DNA of 64,000 nt from Octopus vulgaris. Lineage: Eukaryota. The stretch covers positions 56,234,001 to 56,298,000 of the forward strand of contig OX597814.1 in the NCBI GenBank assembly GCA_951406725.2, in the 5' to 3' direction. How positions within the stretch are numbered: position 1 is the first letter of the stretch; the number at the start of each line of letters is the position of its first letter. Below the pieces are notes generated by a model. The model made no database searches. It was not told the origin of the DNA and worked only from the letters and a program-made list of their open reading frames with translations. Shown one piece after another: positions 25,096 to 38,578 of the stretch. Made by a program: the position numbers and the translations under genes.

Positions 25096-25527
25096 TTTTG
25101 GTTTCAAATTCTGGTGCAATGCCAGTAATTTCAGGGGAGAGGGTAAGTTGATTACATTGACCCCAGTGGTCATCTGGTACATCCCAAATGGATGAAAAGC
25201 AGTCAACCTCAGCAGAATTTGAACTTGGGATATAAAGATGGACAAAATACAGATAAGCATTTTGCTCAGTAACAATTCTACCAGCTCACCACCTTACTGA
25301 AAGCAGAAGTATTGGTTCTGAATTTTGGCACAAGGCCATCATGTTCAGGAGTGTGGGTAAGTTGATTACATCGACCCTAGTGTTCAACAGATGCTTATTT
25401 TATCAACCCTTAAAGGGATGAAAGGCAAAGTCGACCTCAGTGGCATTTGAACCCAGAACATGTAGATGGACAAATTGCTGCTAAGCATTTTTCCCAGTAT
25501 GCTAACAAGTCTACTAACTCACTGCTT
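25096..25527 (-). mobile_element. Tandem pair of tRNA-derived SINE family B copies
   Basis: Each unit reads (revcomp) GGTGAGCTGGTAGAA...GTTCAAAT.C..CTGAGGT.GACT..GC.TTTCATCC...GATAAAATAAG...GGCCTTGTGCCAAAA. Further copies at ~47655-47876 and ~40545-40683. Confidence 0.85.
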
Positions 25528-25979
25528 TACTGAAGGTGGAAATATTAAAATGTGAATTATTGAGTACATTTAATTCTGTTTTTCATTCCATCATCTAATA
25601 AGAAAAATGTGCCATTAAAACTGTATTACCCGTGAGTGTGGACTTAATCCAACACATGGTTTAATACTACCATCTGGCCCTTATGTATCTTTAGCAGACC
25701 CCACGTTATTACAAGCATTTGGGAGTCAGGTCTTCAGTTTGAAGAGTACTTCTTCCTCTCAGTTTGAACTTGTAGGCCTTCAAAAATGAAACTTTAGGTG
25801 TTACACTCTTTCCCCCTCTGATTAAATAGAAAAAAGTTATTACTTAGCTTTATAATGTACAACTTGGTATATTAGCCTCAATATTCTGCTTATTGTCTGC
25901 ACCATTATTCTTAACAGAATTCTTCAGTCTTGAACACACACACACACACACAATAATAATAATAAAAACTTCTTGGGTA

Positions 25980-26330
25980 CACCATCCGAGCGTGATCATT
26001 GCCAGAGCAGCCAACTGGCTTCCGTACCTGTGGCACATAAAAGGGCACCATTCGAGCGTGATCGTTACCAACGTCGCTTCACTGGCACCTGTAAAAAGAT
26101 TCAAGCGAGGTCATTGCTAGTACTGCCTGACTGGCCCCCGTGCAGGTGGCACGTAAAAAGCATCCACTACACTCTCGGAGTGGTTGGCGTTAGGAAGGGC
26201 ATCCAGCTGTAGAAACTCTGCCAGATCAAGACTGGAGCCTGGTGCAACCATCTGGTTGCCAGCCCTCAGTCAAAATCGTCCAACCCCTGCTAGTATGGAA
26301 AACAGACGTTAAATGATGATGATGATGATG
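25980..26330 (+). mobile_element. RTE LINE 3'-UTR fragment (or SINE sharing the RTE tail)
   Basis: GGTGGCACGTAAAAAGCA...GTTAGGAAGGGCATCCAGCTGTAGAAAC...GACGTTAAA(TGA)n, as in the 8838-9444 UTR. Confidence 0.88.
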
Positions 26331-27437
26331 AACAATTACTCTATTACAAAGCCTCAGATCTCCTTTACACTAGATTATTGCTAAAGGATACAAGATAAGG
26401 CATGTGCATGCATATGTACACACAAATGCATGTACTCCTTAATGGCAATCTAATTTTCATTTTGATAGATGCCAAATGAAATATTTAATTTTTATATGCA
26501 TTACAATTACCAAATATTTAATTCCACATGCATTACAGTTACTGAATATTTCATTAAGAATTATTGAAATTATCAGATATTAACTTTTACTTACATTGCA
26601 ATTATCAAATATTGAAATATATATGCATTGCAATTATTAAAATATTTGATTTCACAATTATCAGAGTCTGGTATTTATTCTATCGGGATCTTTTGCCAAA
26701 CCTCTAAGATATGGAGATGTAAACAAACCAACACTGGCTGTCCCACTCACAAAACTTTGGTCAGCCTAACTATGGTAGAACACACTTGTCCAAGGTGCCA
26801 TGCAATGGGACTGAACCTGAAGTCATGGGGTTGGGACGCAAACTACTTACCACAGCCACATCTAATATCTAATCTGATATCCACTGATAAGGTTTTGGAA
26901 CAGTATGCAGTCCTAAAACAACTGAAAATATCCTAAATTTCATAGCATTTGAAAATAAATGCTCAATTTACTAGAAATAGCTGCCAAATTTTTCATACAT
27001 CATACCAAATTTGGCAAGGAAGGAGATTCAGTAGGAAATATGTACACAGATCACAGGGATACTCATTCAGGTTTAACCTGGGGCTAAACATCAATATGCA
27101 CATAGAAGACACACAATACTGAACATATACATACATATTATATCATATTTCCATATCTCTCTTTCTACATCACAGGAATACTAATGACTCTATTTTTCAG
27201 CAACCTGGTAGGAATGTACAGATACAGATCATAGGCCTACTCATTCAGAGTTAACTTGGGGTTAAACAACAATATACACATAAAAGAGACACAATACTGA
27301 ACACGTGTATTCATATTATACTGTGTTTCCATCTCTCACTCACTCACTCACTTACTCACTCACTCACTCTCTCTCTCTCTCTCTCTCTCTCTACTTCACA
27401 GGGATGCTAATGGCTCTATTGTTATATGTATTTGTAG

Positions 27438-27524
27438 GTTTGAAAGAGACCAAGTGATTGAAGGTCCTCCATATGCAGGACAGGATCGACACAATGGAGA
27501 AATTGCAGCATTTCATTTAAGCAG
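27438..27524 (+). CDS. FAM20B: FAM20B glycosaminoglycan xylosylkinase, internal exon (87 nt, phase 2-2)
   Basis: TTTGTAG|G...AG|GTAATT; encodes FERDQVIEGPPYAGQDRHNGEIAAFHLS(R), matching the FAM20B YAGxDRHNxExAAFHL motif. Confidence 0.92.
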
Positions 27525-27620
27525 GTAATTATGTGTGTGTATTTTGATGTTTGTTTGCTTCACAACTGCTATTTTTTTTTAGCATGGTTAAATGAATGCA
27601 TCTTATCAAGGCATTGTTTT

Positions 27621-28217
27621 GCCGAGTCTATTGTCAATATCGTCACTCCTCCTTCCTTCAAACTGGAAGGAAGAGCTATTTTCATCATACTTGTGACTAT
27701 GGCGAAAGAATGTATCTGGTAGACGCGTCTGAAAGGATTAAAGACAAACACTTTCCTCCCTGGTCAATCTCTCATCAACTTCTTCAAGTATCACTTGAAA
27801 AAGAAAGTGAGAGTAGAGAGGCAAGTTTTGTCTAGCGAATGTTTCAAAAAAAAGATGGGTGAATGTAGCAAAGATGGCACATATGAATGACAAAGCCACC
27901 TTGAGCATAATCCTATGAACCCGGAAAAATTTAAAACAGACAGTTACCAAGGTTTCCATGGCCTTTTCCATAGGCTTTTCTTTCCATGGATAAACCTTAT
28001 CTGCTTTCCCCTTTACACTTTACATCATGACATTTCTGTGATACATGATCCCTATTGATCGGTTTTTTTTCTTTTTTCTCTTTTTTTATGATCCCTTTTG
28101 ATCGAAAACCTACACCCCTTTTTATTTATTTATTTATTTTTTTCTCCCCAAAAAGAAAAGCTCTACTTTGTAATTTGTCCCCTCTGTGTTCAGCCCTCTG
28201 TGGCTAATAAAGAAACA
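27621..28217 (+). mobile_element. 5'-truncated L1/Tx1-like LINE 3' end with 17-bp TSD
   Basis: TSD TATCAAGGCATTGTTTT at 27604-27620 and 28218-28234. Frame ...LVTMAKECIW*TRLKG...FFKYHLKKKVRVER...F..RW resembles a Tx1/L1 ORF2 C-terminus. T-rich 3' UTR with AATAAA at 28206. Confidence 0.75.
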
Positions 28218-28869
28218 TATCAAGGCATTGTTTTACAGCCAGGTGTTTTTCCTGTTGTTAACTTTTATCCCTTTCTCAAGTTAGGAAGCTTTTCATTTCA
28301 CTCATCTTTGAAAATAGAGAACTACCTAGCAATTTGTTAACCAGGAAATGTTAACAAACAACACCAGCCATAGCTCAGCTCAGTGTAGAATGTAAACATG
28401 CACATACACATAAATGTGTGCACGCACACGCACACACATGTACAATGGGCTTTGTGCAGTTTCTGTCTACCAGATTTGCCCTTAAGACATTGACTGTCAT
28501 TTGGCTATAATAGACACATGTCAAAAGTGCTGTACCCTGGGAATGAACCGAAAACTACATGCTTGGAAAGTGAACTGCTTAGCCACACAGTCTATATTAT
28601 TTTTAATGGCTTACCCAGAAGAAGAAGAGCAACAACCTTGAATCTTTACAGAGTCTCTAAAATGGATTGGATAAAAGGAAGTGAGGCAGTTATGCTCAGG
28701 CGAGACACCTGGTATAAATTTACTTAATGAACCCAGTAACTGTGAAGTTAAGATATTAAACTACCAATTATTTGATGGTAAATTACCATAACTATCATTT
28801 AACATTACCACAGCCATCATTTAACACTGCCTTTCTTTCTGAAGCTTTTTGTTCCCTATGGAGCCAGGA

Positions 28870-29883
28870 AATCATGTATCTCCTTTATAGCAAGACACCT
28901 GTTTCTGCCTCTCTGTCTCTTTGTCACATTCTAACCTTTCATCATCTGACAAGATCACCTCCTCCAATGTTCCCTCCTCTTTCAAAATTCCTTGTCTTGC
29001 AAGTTACTTGGTTACCCTGCTGGTGCCATGTAAAAAGTATCCGTCCACACTATGAAGTGGTTGGCGTTTGGAAGGGCATCCAGCTGTAAAAACATGCCAA
29101 AACTGACCTCACCTGTGTTGGTGCTGCATAAAAATCACTCAGTTCACTTTATGGGGTGCTTGGTGTTAGGAAGGGCATCCAGCTGTAAAAGCCATGCCAA
29201 ACAGACACAGTAGTCTGGTGTAGTCTTCAACCTGGCCAGCTCCTGTCAAACCGTCCAACCCATGCCAGCATGGAAGATTGACGTTAAATGATGATGATGG
29301 AGTATTGGCCATCAGTGACTTTCCTCCACTATACTTGACTCTGGGCTGTCTTTTTTGCTTGCCTCTAGTTGGATCCCTGCTTTTCCAGGTCTGCCTCAGT
29401 ATCCTATCTGTCCTACCTCTGGCTATTTTTAAAGCATCCTTCCTTCCACCTCCCTTGTTGATTCCAGATCTGGTCTGACATCATGTTTCTCTTGATAGAA
29501 GGTATTCCTCTCCCAGATCTTATTGGTTTTGAAATATTATTGATAGTCATGGCCAATACCATTGTCATGTACCTGGCATGTAAAAAGCATCTTTCGAATT
29601 TTGGGCCTCGCAGAGGCAGTGACATGTGACCAAGATCTTTGGCAATATACCATGCTTGAGAAGACTTGATAAGCTGGTGTTTCATAACTGGCATCCATGC
29701 TGATGGCACATGGAAAGCATCCACTACAGTCTTGGAGTGGTTGGTGTTAGGAAGAGCATCCAGCTGTAAAAACCATGCAAAATTAGATTGGAACCTGGTG
29801 TAGCTTCCCAGCTTAGCAGTTTTCAGTGAAACTGCCCAACCCATGTCAGCATAGAAAACGGACGTTAAATGATGATGATGATG
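28870..29883 (+). mobile_element. Two consecutive RTE-type 3'-UTR fragments
   Basis: AGGAAGGGCATCCAGCTGT motif and GACGTTAAA(TGA)n tails ending at ~29299 and ~29883. Confidence 0.8.
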
Positions 29884-30248
29884 CTTCTGTAACTTTGCTT
29901 TCTTCTAGGTAGGGGTTCAACATGGGAGACCCTACCAGAAACATGCACACCACTGTTATAGCTCTCAGATTCATTGAGGCATACACATCACCACACCACA
30001 ACAAGGACAAAATTTGTTTAGTTAAAAACATGTAAAATTCCTATTGCATGATTGTGTCCTTTGTAGTTTGAAGAGATTCAAACTTGAAAAATTCTCCTGA
30101 GATAAATTTAATATAGTTATAACTATGTTTAACTTATATACTTTATTACAAAATAATAAACAATTCTAAGCACATTTTATGATGACAGCAATAATGACAT
30201 ATATTTACATTTGTTTTAAGTTTTCACAGTGAAGTTTAACTGTATTAA

Positions 30249-30468
30249 TTCTTTAGTATTCAAGCTGCTCTGTCAAGTGCAACACTTATTTATTCACATT
30301 GTTTTGAATTAATCATGCAATATTTCATAGCTTCAAGATTTAAATGATGTGAGTATTTATCTTTAGAATGACATTGTAGGGTAGATGTGAGAGGCTGGAT
30401 CTGGCCTTTTTGAACATAAAACATGTAGAATGTTTGGGCCAGATATGGCTGCTTTAGATGGTAAAGGG
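30249..30468. mobile_element. piggyBac-like MITE (~220 bp)
   Basis: TTAA|TTCTTTAG...TAAAGGG|TTAC; the same family occurs inverted at 40808-41037. Confidence 0.7.
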
Positions 30469-30477
30469 TTACTTTAG

Positions 30478-30870
30478 GTTATGTGGTCAAGAAGCTCACT
30501 TTGCAATCACATAGTTTCAGGTTCAGTCCTAGTGGGTGGCACCTTGGACAAGTGTGTTCTACTATTGCTTCTAGCTGACCAATGCTTTGTAAGTGATCAA
30601 TGCCTTGTTAAGAAGATCAGAACTGTGTGGTAGCCTGTTGTGCATGTGTATGTCTTTATATTTGTATTTGTCCCACTTCCACCACTTGACAACCAGTGTT
30701 AGCTTGTTTGCATCCCCATAACTTAGCCATTGAGCAAAAGAGACTGATAGAATAAGCACCAGACTTCGTTAAAAATAAGTACTGAGGTCGATCAGTTCAT
30801 TTAAACACTGCAAAGTGGTGTCCCATGCATGACTGCAGTCCAATGACTGAAACAAGCAAAAGATAAAGAT
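30478..30870 (+). mobile_element. tRNA-derived SINE family A copy
   Basis: Head, body and tail as in the other family A copies. Confidence 0.85.
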
Positions 30871-31525
30871 GATATATTAAATTTATCACAGATTTTCTTA
30901 TGTATGTTGTGTTGTGCAAAAATATTTATTAATAAACATTATTAATCAAAAGATTTGAGAAGAAAAGTCTGACCCTTCACTCATAAGTGGGTATGACCAG
31001 GTTGCTTGTACCATACTTTTGGTTAATTGTTTTAGGCATGGCTACCTTAGCAGCATTATAGGGCAAATCTATGCACTACGCTCAACAGTATTTATTTATT
31101 GACAACAAACCACCACTACATGGATTAAAATTTGGCTCATAGACTTGTGAGGCCTCTGGGCTCACTACTCACTGTTCCAATACCTTAAGATGGCACTAGT
31201 TTTAGGTACCTATGTAGTTATGAGCAAAGGTAGGCACCATCTTAGACTCCCACCCTTGGGCCCAGTAGAACATCAAGGATGTGACAGATGGAGGGAGAGA
31301 GAGCAGCACCAGTACTAGGTTGATACTCATTTGCAGCTAAGTATCTTAGAATACACAATGTGAAATGAAGTGTGCTGCATAAGGATACAACTCACTGCCA
31401 GGTCCAGGAATTGAACCCATGTCCTTATGTTTGTGAACCCAATATCCTAACCACCAAGCCATGTCTCCCAAGTGGTCACCTTGTTTCAGTGTTGCTTAAT
31501 TTTGATGATCAGATGAGAACTGGTT

Positions 31526-32148
31526 TAACAAAGCACGCGGAATTCTGTTCTTGATTCGACGGTCATTCGGAATGCTCACAGCAGCCATATTCCTACCACT
31601 CTATGTCACGCTGGTGAGACCCATATTGGAGTATGGGATTCAAGCCTCTTCTCCTTATCTCCTCAAAGACACACAGCATCTCGAAAGAGTCCAGAAGCTG
31701 GCTACCCGCATGGTTCATGGTCTCAAAAATTTGTCCTACGAAGAAAGGCTGAGGACGCTCGACCTTTATTCTCTTGAAAAACGCCGCCGCCGTGGTGATC
31801 TCATTCTCGCCCACAACATCATAAGCGGAAAGTGTAACCTCTCGAAAGAGCTGTTCTTCACTCCTGCTCCAGAGCATCGGCTGCAGGGTCATTACGAAAA
31901 GCTCTACCTGCGACGATTTCATCTCAATCGAAGGAGAGGAGCTTTCTCCGTCCGGGTTGCGGATCCGTGGAACAAGCTGCCAGACGAGATGGTGAAGATG
32001 CCGACGACCGCTTTGTTCAAAGCCTCCCTGGACCTCAAGTAGCCTGAACTCTTTACATGAACACCACCCTGTACTTAACTCCATGTCCCCCTACATGGCC
32101 TTGCTATTTGCTTTTGAGCCAAATTAACTAACTAACTAACTAACTAAC
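31526..32148 (+). mobile_element. Young 5'-truncated CR1-clade LINE with (TAAC)6 tail
   Basis: LYVTLVRPILEYG...LERVQKLATRMV...SYEERL...SLEKRRRRGDLI...F.VRV...WNKLP; short 3' UTR; (TAAC)6 at 32125-32148; CpG-rich. Confidence 0.93.
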
Positions 32149-32976
32149 ATTTTCTTAATGTGATATCATTGCAAGTGTGTCTAAATTACATTTTTTAAAA
32201 ACACCATTTTGACTAAGCTGGCATTGTAGACTATTTACAAAATACTATTGTTGTTGGTAATGTTGTAATGTCTACTTTTCCGTGTTAGCATGAAGTCTGC
32301 TAAACAGCATATTATCAAGCACATTGATATTTTATAATTTCATCTTTGAAGCCTAGCATCCTGGAATCTGATTACACTTATTCCCATGACTTTTTTGATC
32401 TTCTTCCACAAGTACTTTCCTCCAATAGCTCACATCACATTTTCAACTAATATTTATTATCCATCCTATCACAGTCATTGCTCCTGCATCATGTTTGGTA
32501 AGTTCACCATCATCAATTCACTGTTTTTTTGTGTTTTTTCCAATATAATAATTTTAACTATTATTGGTGAGATACTATGAATATATTTTCTTGATAAACT
32601 TTCCTCATAGTGAACTTTCTTCTTGGTGAATTGATGGCAGTGTACTTCCCTTGTGGTTAATTGGTGGTGGTAAACTTACCTATAATCCTCTTGCATACAA
32701 CAGCTGATACCTTTAATACCCAACCATTTCCAACACACTTTCTATCTTTTAAGCAGATTAATATAACACACTCACTGTTTCATACTCACTTTATCCAGCC
32801 CCCACTGAACTTCCACATTCAGTGTAGTTTCACAGTTTTCACATATGTTCCATAGTGTTTATTTTTACACAAAGAAAAGCCCTGTTTATCAGCCTAGATA
32901 GCATTTCAGTGAACCTCTATGCCTTTATGAAAAAGAAACAAAAATGAAAACATTATTACTTATAAGCAGTTATATT

Positions 32977-33576
32977 GACATGGATTGGCTTTGTGGTAAG
33001 AAACTTAGACAAGTGTCTTCTGCTAGAACCTTGGGACAACCAAAGCCTTGCAAGTGGATTTGGTAGATGGAAACTGGAAGAAGCCCATGGTGTATACATA
33101 CGTGTGTGTGTGTATGTCTTTGTTTCTATGTTTGTCCCCCACTACAGCTTGACAACTGGTGTTGGTGTGTTTGCATCCTTGTAATTTAGCTGTTTTCCAA
33201 AAGAAACTGATAGAATATGGTCTTGGCTTAGAAAAACAAATAATTACTGGAGTCAATTCATTTGACTAAAAATTCTTACTCTATCGATCTCTTTGACCAA
33301 ATCATTAAGTTACAAAGACAGAAACACACCAAGAAACACCGTCAAGCAGTGGTAGGGCACAAACACACACACACACACACCTCACACATATGTGCATGCA
33401 CAACACACACACACACATGTATATGATGGGCTTCTTTCAAGTTTCCATCTACAAAATCCACTCACAAGATTTTGGTCAGTCTAAGGCCATAGTAGAAGTC
33501 ACTTGCTCAAGCTGCCATGCAATGGGACTGAACCCAGAACCATGTGGTTTGGAAGCACACATCCATGCCTGTGCCA
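32977..33576. mobile_element. Two SINE family A copies joined tail-to-tail (+ then -)
   Basis: 32977-33277 reads head to tail on +; 33278-33576 reads tail to head (- strand copy). Confidence 0.8.
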
Positions 33577-36500
33577 GTATATATATATATACACATATAT
33601 ACATACACATACAGACCACACAAAGGTGTATACGTGGTGTATGTGTCCATGTCTGTCAAAAATGGATCAATAATGAAAACTCTAGCAACTTTGCTTAATT
33701 TTAAAATATAATTACATGAAAGAAGTGAACACTTTTCTTTAGGCTAGGAATTTATATTACAATTAATACTTAACTATGTCTTCTGTTTATTTTCCTACTT
33801 ATATAAATAGTTTCAGGCTTGAAGACTTATATAATTGAAATTACTTTTAGCATATCATCATGGCTTAGTATTGCTCAGTTATACTATAAGTAGTTTATTA
33901 AAACATTATTCAGTTTAGCTTAGTTGTATAGTTTAAATCTTAATTTTGATTTTGCTGTTTGCTTCTTGCTTGGATGCAAACATGACTGTATGGTTAAGAA
34001 GTTCACTTTGCAAGGTTCCATCCCACTGTACCAGGTTCCATCCTACTGTACAGAACTTTCCTTATAGCATGAGGTTGACTAATGCCTTTTGAGGGAAATT
34101 TATGAAACAGATGCTGTGTGGAAGTCTGCCCTGCATGTGTGCATGTATATGCACACAGACATGCACACATGCACAAGAACAAACTTCCACATGAAAGCAA
34201 GATATAAGCTACCAAATCATACTCACATGCAAGTGATTACTAAGCTATGCATATCCAGCCAACCATCCATCTATCCATTCATTCATTCATCCAGCCAGCC
34301 AGCCATTTATTTATCTGCCTGTCTATCCATCCATCTATTTATCTGTCTATCTATCCATCCATCTATTTGTCTATTTATCCATCCATCCATCATTTGCAAG
34401 TGAGTTCAACATGGCAGCTTGTAACACACATTCACTAATTGTTTTAGCTACCAGCGTAGCTATGAGCAGATACAAACATGCTCTGCCATCCCAGTAACAG
34501 TAGAACATTGTGGATATGATAGCCAGAAGACAGCAAAGCTGCACTAATTCAAGGTTGGTATTTGTTTACAGATGAATAGACTGGAACATCATGAAGTATA
34601 CACTTATCAGTTAAAACCTCAATGTATTTTTCCACTATTTCACTTACATGGATGTTTTGATATCCTACTGGTATTAAAATTCCATCCATATTGATGTGAC
34701 TGAAGTAAACTTCCTTGCCCAAGAGCATTATCTGATATTAGTAATAACTCACTACATATTTGTACATTTGATTTTACTTCTGTTTTTCCATTCTAGAAGA
34801 AGTTAGTCATATATATTTCATTTAGGCATTGGTTTACAGCTGAATGCCCTTCATGCTTCTAACCCTTACCTGATTTTCAATTACAGGATATCTCTTATTC
34901 ACACACACCTTCAAAAATATAGAGCCAGCAGACATTTCGTTGACAAGGAAACAGTAATAAACTGCACCCTTTGTAGCTCACTGCTTTTGCATACAATGCA
35001 TGCTGGATATAAACATCCAGTCAGGGATGCAGACGCAACTTTCATCCTTGTGTGGTTGTCCATAAAATGTAGCTATCCAATGTAGCTGAATTGTTACAGC
35101 ATTGGATGGAATGCTGGCTTGTGGTAACTGATCCACCTATTTACTTTCTGATAGCAATGCCTGTGATGACACTGGTGCCAAGCTGCCTTTCTTTTGACAA
35201 CACGTGTTGTGAGGAGGTGAGTCTTACATGTATGGGCAACTTCCTCCTCCTCCTCCTCATCATCATCATCACCATCATCAAGAGCTTGCCCAGATCTCTG
35301 CAATGATTAGAAACTTTCTCAAGTGCAAAAGCCAATGATTAGTCATGACTGAAGAAGACTTTAAGAATAAAATTAAAATGACTGGAAGCAAATGCATGTA
35401 TTTTGATTTTACCAATTGTGTATACATTTCTGTTTATTTGTAAAAGTGTATGTATACCTGTGGATATGTACCCATCTAGATTTTCATAGCATTAATTCAT
35501 ATCTTACAAATGTGTGTAATACCATTGTAGCCTTCCAGTAGATGATGGATAAAATGCATGTTTTATAAAACTGCAGCTATAATAGATGTCTTCTTATAGG
35601 ATAGAAACAGGATTAAATTAATGCCAGGTACATATAAATGTGCATAGATTTTATTTTGGTAGCAACAATTGCTGTGTTTGAATAGCTTTCATTAATACTG
35701 ATCGAGTGGCATTTTGACCAGATAATCCAATCATTCATGTAAATCACAAACAGAGGATGGTTGATAGAAATTGAATTATTGTTTAAATTTTTTGTTGAAT
35801 TTTCGAATTGCAAACCTGAGTAAACAGCATTGCTTTCCTCATCATTGTCAGACATAAAAATCAACATCATTGTCTCCACTATCACTATTATTCTTAGCAC
35901 CAGGACTGCAATCGTCATCATCACTACCAACATTATCATTATTACCAGGACTACAACTACCATCATCATCATTTTTCATTATCGTTGTCGTCAGCATCAT
36001 TTTAATCATTGTCAGCATTGTTGTCAGTGTCATCATCATTATCATTTTATCATGACCAAACACCACCAACCCATCATCATCCATTGATAGTATATGTTTG
36101 TTATTTGTAGTTATCACTTGTATCTGTCAATTCCTCTAAAAATCCTATCACTCTTCAACTTCCACTCCACCCTGGTCATATTTCTCTCACCTTTTGTCCC
36201 TTCATTCATTTTCTCTTTGATACTTTCACTCATTTAAAAAATTACAATATTCTTTTTTTCCATTCTCTTTCTCTTCTGTCACTCTACCCCTCCTCTTTTC
36301 TCCTCTCTCTTTCATTCTTTCTCTTACTTTCTGTCTCTTCTCACCTGTTTTGTCTTTTCACTTTTTCCTTCCTTCCTTCTGTCTCTTTATCTCACTCCTC
36401 TCACTTTCTCTGTAATTTCTCTCTATACCGGTCATCAGATTCAAGGATTTTTACATGATTACATTGACCCTAGTAATTTGTTTGGTATTTATTTTATTGA

Positions 36501-38541
36501 TATCATAATGGAAGAATGGTGAAGTCAAACTAGGTGTAAAGAGATTTAACAAAGTATTTTTATTTGATGCACTAATTCTGCTATCTCTCTTTGATTAATA
36601 CTCAAGCTCTAGGCTATCCAAAGTATACTGAATGTATTTTTTTCATCTATTTGAGTCTCTCTCCATCCTTTTCATCACTTTCCTTAGTCATTCACCAGTT
36701 GTCATTCACGCTTGAGAATTTTGCAAATCAGAATCTCTTAGTCTTAGCTATGCCTATGGGCTATATCTGTTTTTAACCCTTTTAGTTAGGGAGAGAAGAG
36801 CAATGCTCATAGCCTTTTATGTTTTCAGGATCCTGAAACTAGTAGGAAGAGAGGAAGTTATTCACAAACCAGAGACCTAACCTGAATGCCTCAACATAGT
36901 GAATTTCACTAAAGGCCTCTTAGGACCAGGGAATTGTTTTAAACTGGGCAAAGAATAAAGCTACCACCTAAGAATTCAGAATACAAAAATCTTGAACAAA
37001 TACCAGACATCTTGTCTTCCATTTCAATAATTCTTCCAATTCCACCCAAGACTGGTACTCTATTTTTGTGAACTCTGAAAGAATAACAAGCAAAGAGACC
37101 TTGGTGGGATTTGAACTCAGCATATAGAGATCCAGAACAAATGACCACAAAGCATTTTGTCCTATGCAGTTATGACTCAGCCAATTTACTACATGTATCT
37201 TTTGAGTTGAAATCTTCCTAGCATTGCACTATGAATTCACTAGTGGCCCACTCTTTGTTCATACAGATAGTATCACAAGGTTTGGTTATATCTCTCACTA
37301 TTCCTTGCTTCTGTATATTAACAACCTATTTTCCATCACATTTAATGATATGCCCTCCTATGCTTAAAATGAGACCATTCCATAAAGTTCAAATAAGACC
37401 TATATTAGATTTTGTCATGTAAGTAGTGAGTGTCTTTTTGTTTCCAATCTTCTATGAAAACATGTCAGGTCATGGGGGAAATCTTAGCTTGCTTGAAAAC
37501 AAGTGAGGGTTGGTGACAGAAAGGGCATCCACCTGTAGAGAAGCCACCTTGACAAATTCTGTCCAACCCATATCAGCAGGGAAAGTGGGCATTAGATGAT
37601 GTTGATAGTATCTTTGATGGAGTTTATGCTACTCACACACGCATGCACACATTCTAGACCACTTCCAGAAGAAAACAAATCAACTAAATGCCAAAGGTTT
37701 AATTACCAACACACTGCAATCACTAGTTCACAAACTTTCTTTTTTGTTTCCACATTGATTCATCTATTGCTACTATGAGAAAACTTTGCACTAAATATTA
37801 TAACTGCATACCTTCTCCATCTAGGTCCACTCAGCATATACATCTGTTCACCTCTCTTTATCTTTAGTGTGTCTTACCTCCCACACTTTACATTAAACAC
37901 TTCGCAAAACTTTGCAACCTCTAAGAATTCCTTCTCCATCTGTATTTGTCCTACAGACACTGATTTCCACATGCTCCAGTTCAATAAGAAGTGAATCAAT
38001 TTCACCTCTCTAGTTGGGGTTTGCAACTAGTTTAGATCCTACAGCCAATTTAGGAAGGCCCTGTACACAACCCTTTCCCCCTTGGTTGTTTTATAAAGAA
38101 AACAGTCCTACCTTTCATTCAGTTTTTAGTCTTTTTTCTCCTGTTTTTTTTGTTTATATTCACACTCTGTTATATAAATATACAAATATTATCTTTGATC
38201 AATCTCATCTCAGTCCTCATTCAGGGCAGAGAAGTGAAAGTTAGTAATAAACCTGTTGAATTATCTTAAACAGTTAATATTTTTTTATTGATTTTTCTTC
38301 CCATCAATCACATTCAGCTGATTAATTAATTACCAATTAACTAAGTCTGACAAGTTTGATCATGCATCTTAAAGACTTTTGATTGATATGGAAAGTTTTG
38401 TTTCCTTGACATGACATACAGGCCATTGTCTTTCATTGTTATTGTCATGTGTATTCTGCACTGAAGCAGCTGTGTAAGAAAAAGGTTTCTATCATGCTAT
38501 GCATGTTCATATTTATATGCCAGTGTATGTGTGTGTGTGTG

Positions 38542-38578
<37 letters not shown>

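Noticed and set aside
24817-25151. Poly-Ala/Cys/Leu ORFs
   Set aside because: Trinucleotide microsatellite without exon evidence.
1-27437. Upstream FAM20B exon (expected GTQLK...VFKP)
   Set aside because: Not found by eye or in the ORF track; probably upstream of the window, though a short exon could have been missed.
35613-36117. Hydrophobic or His/Asp-rich ORFs
   Set aside because: Degenerate (ATC)n low-complexity sequence.
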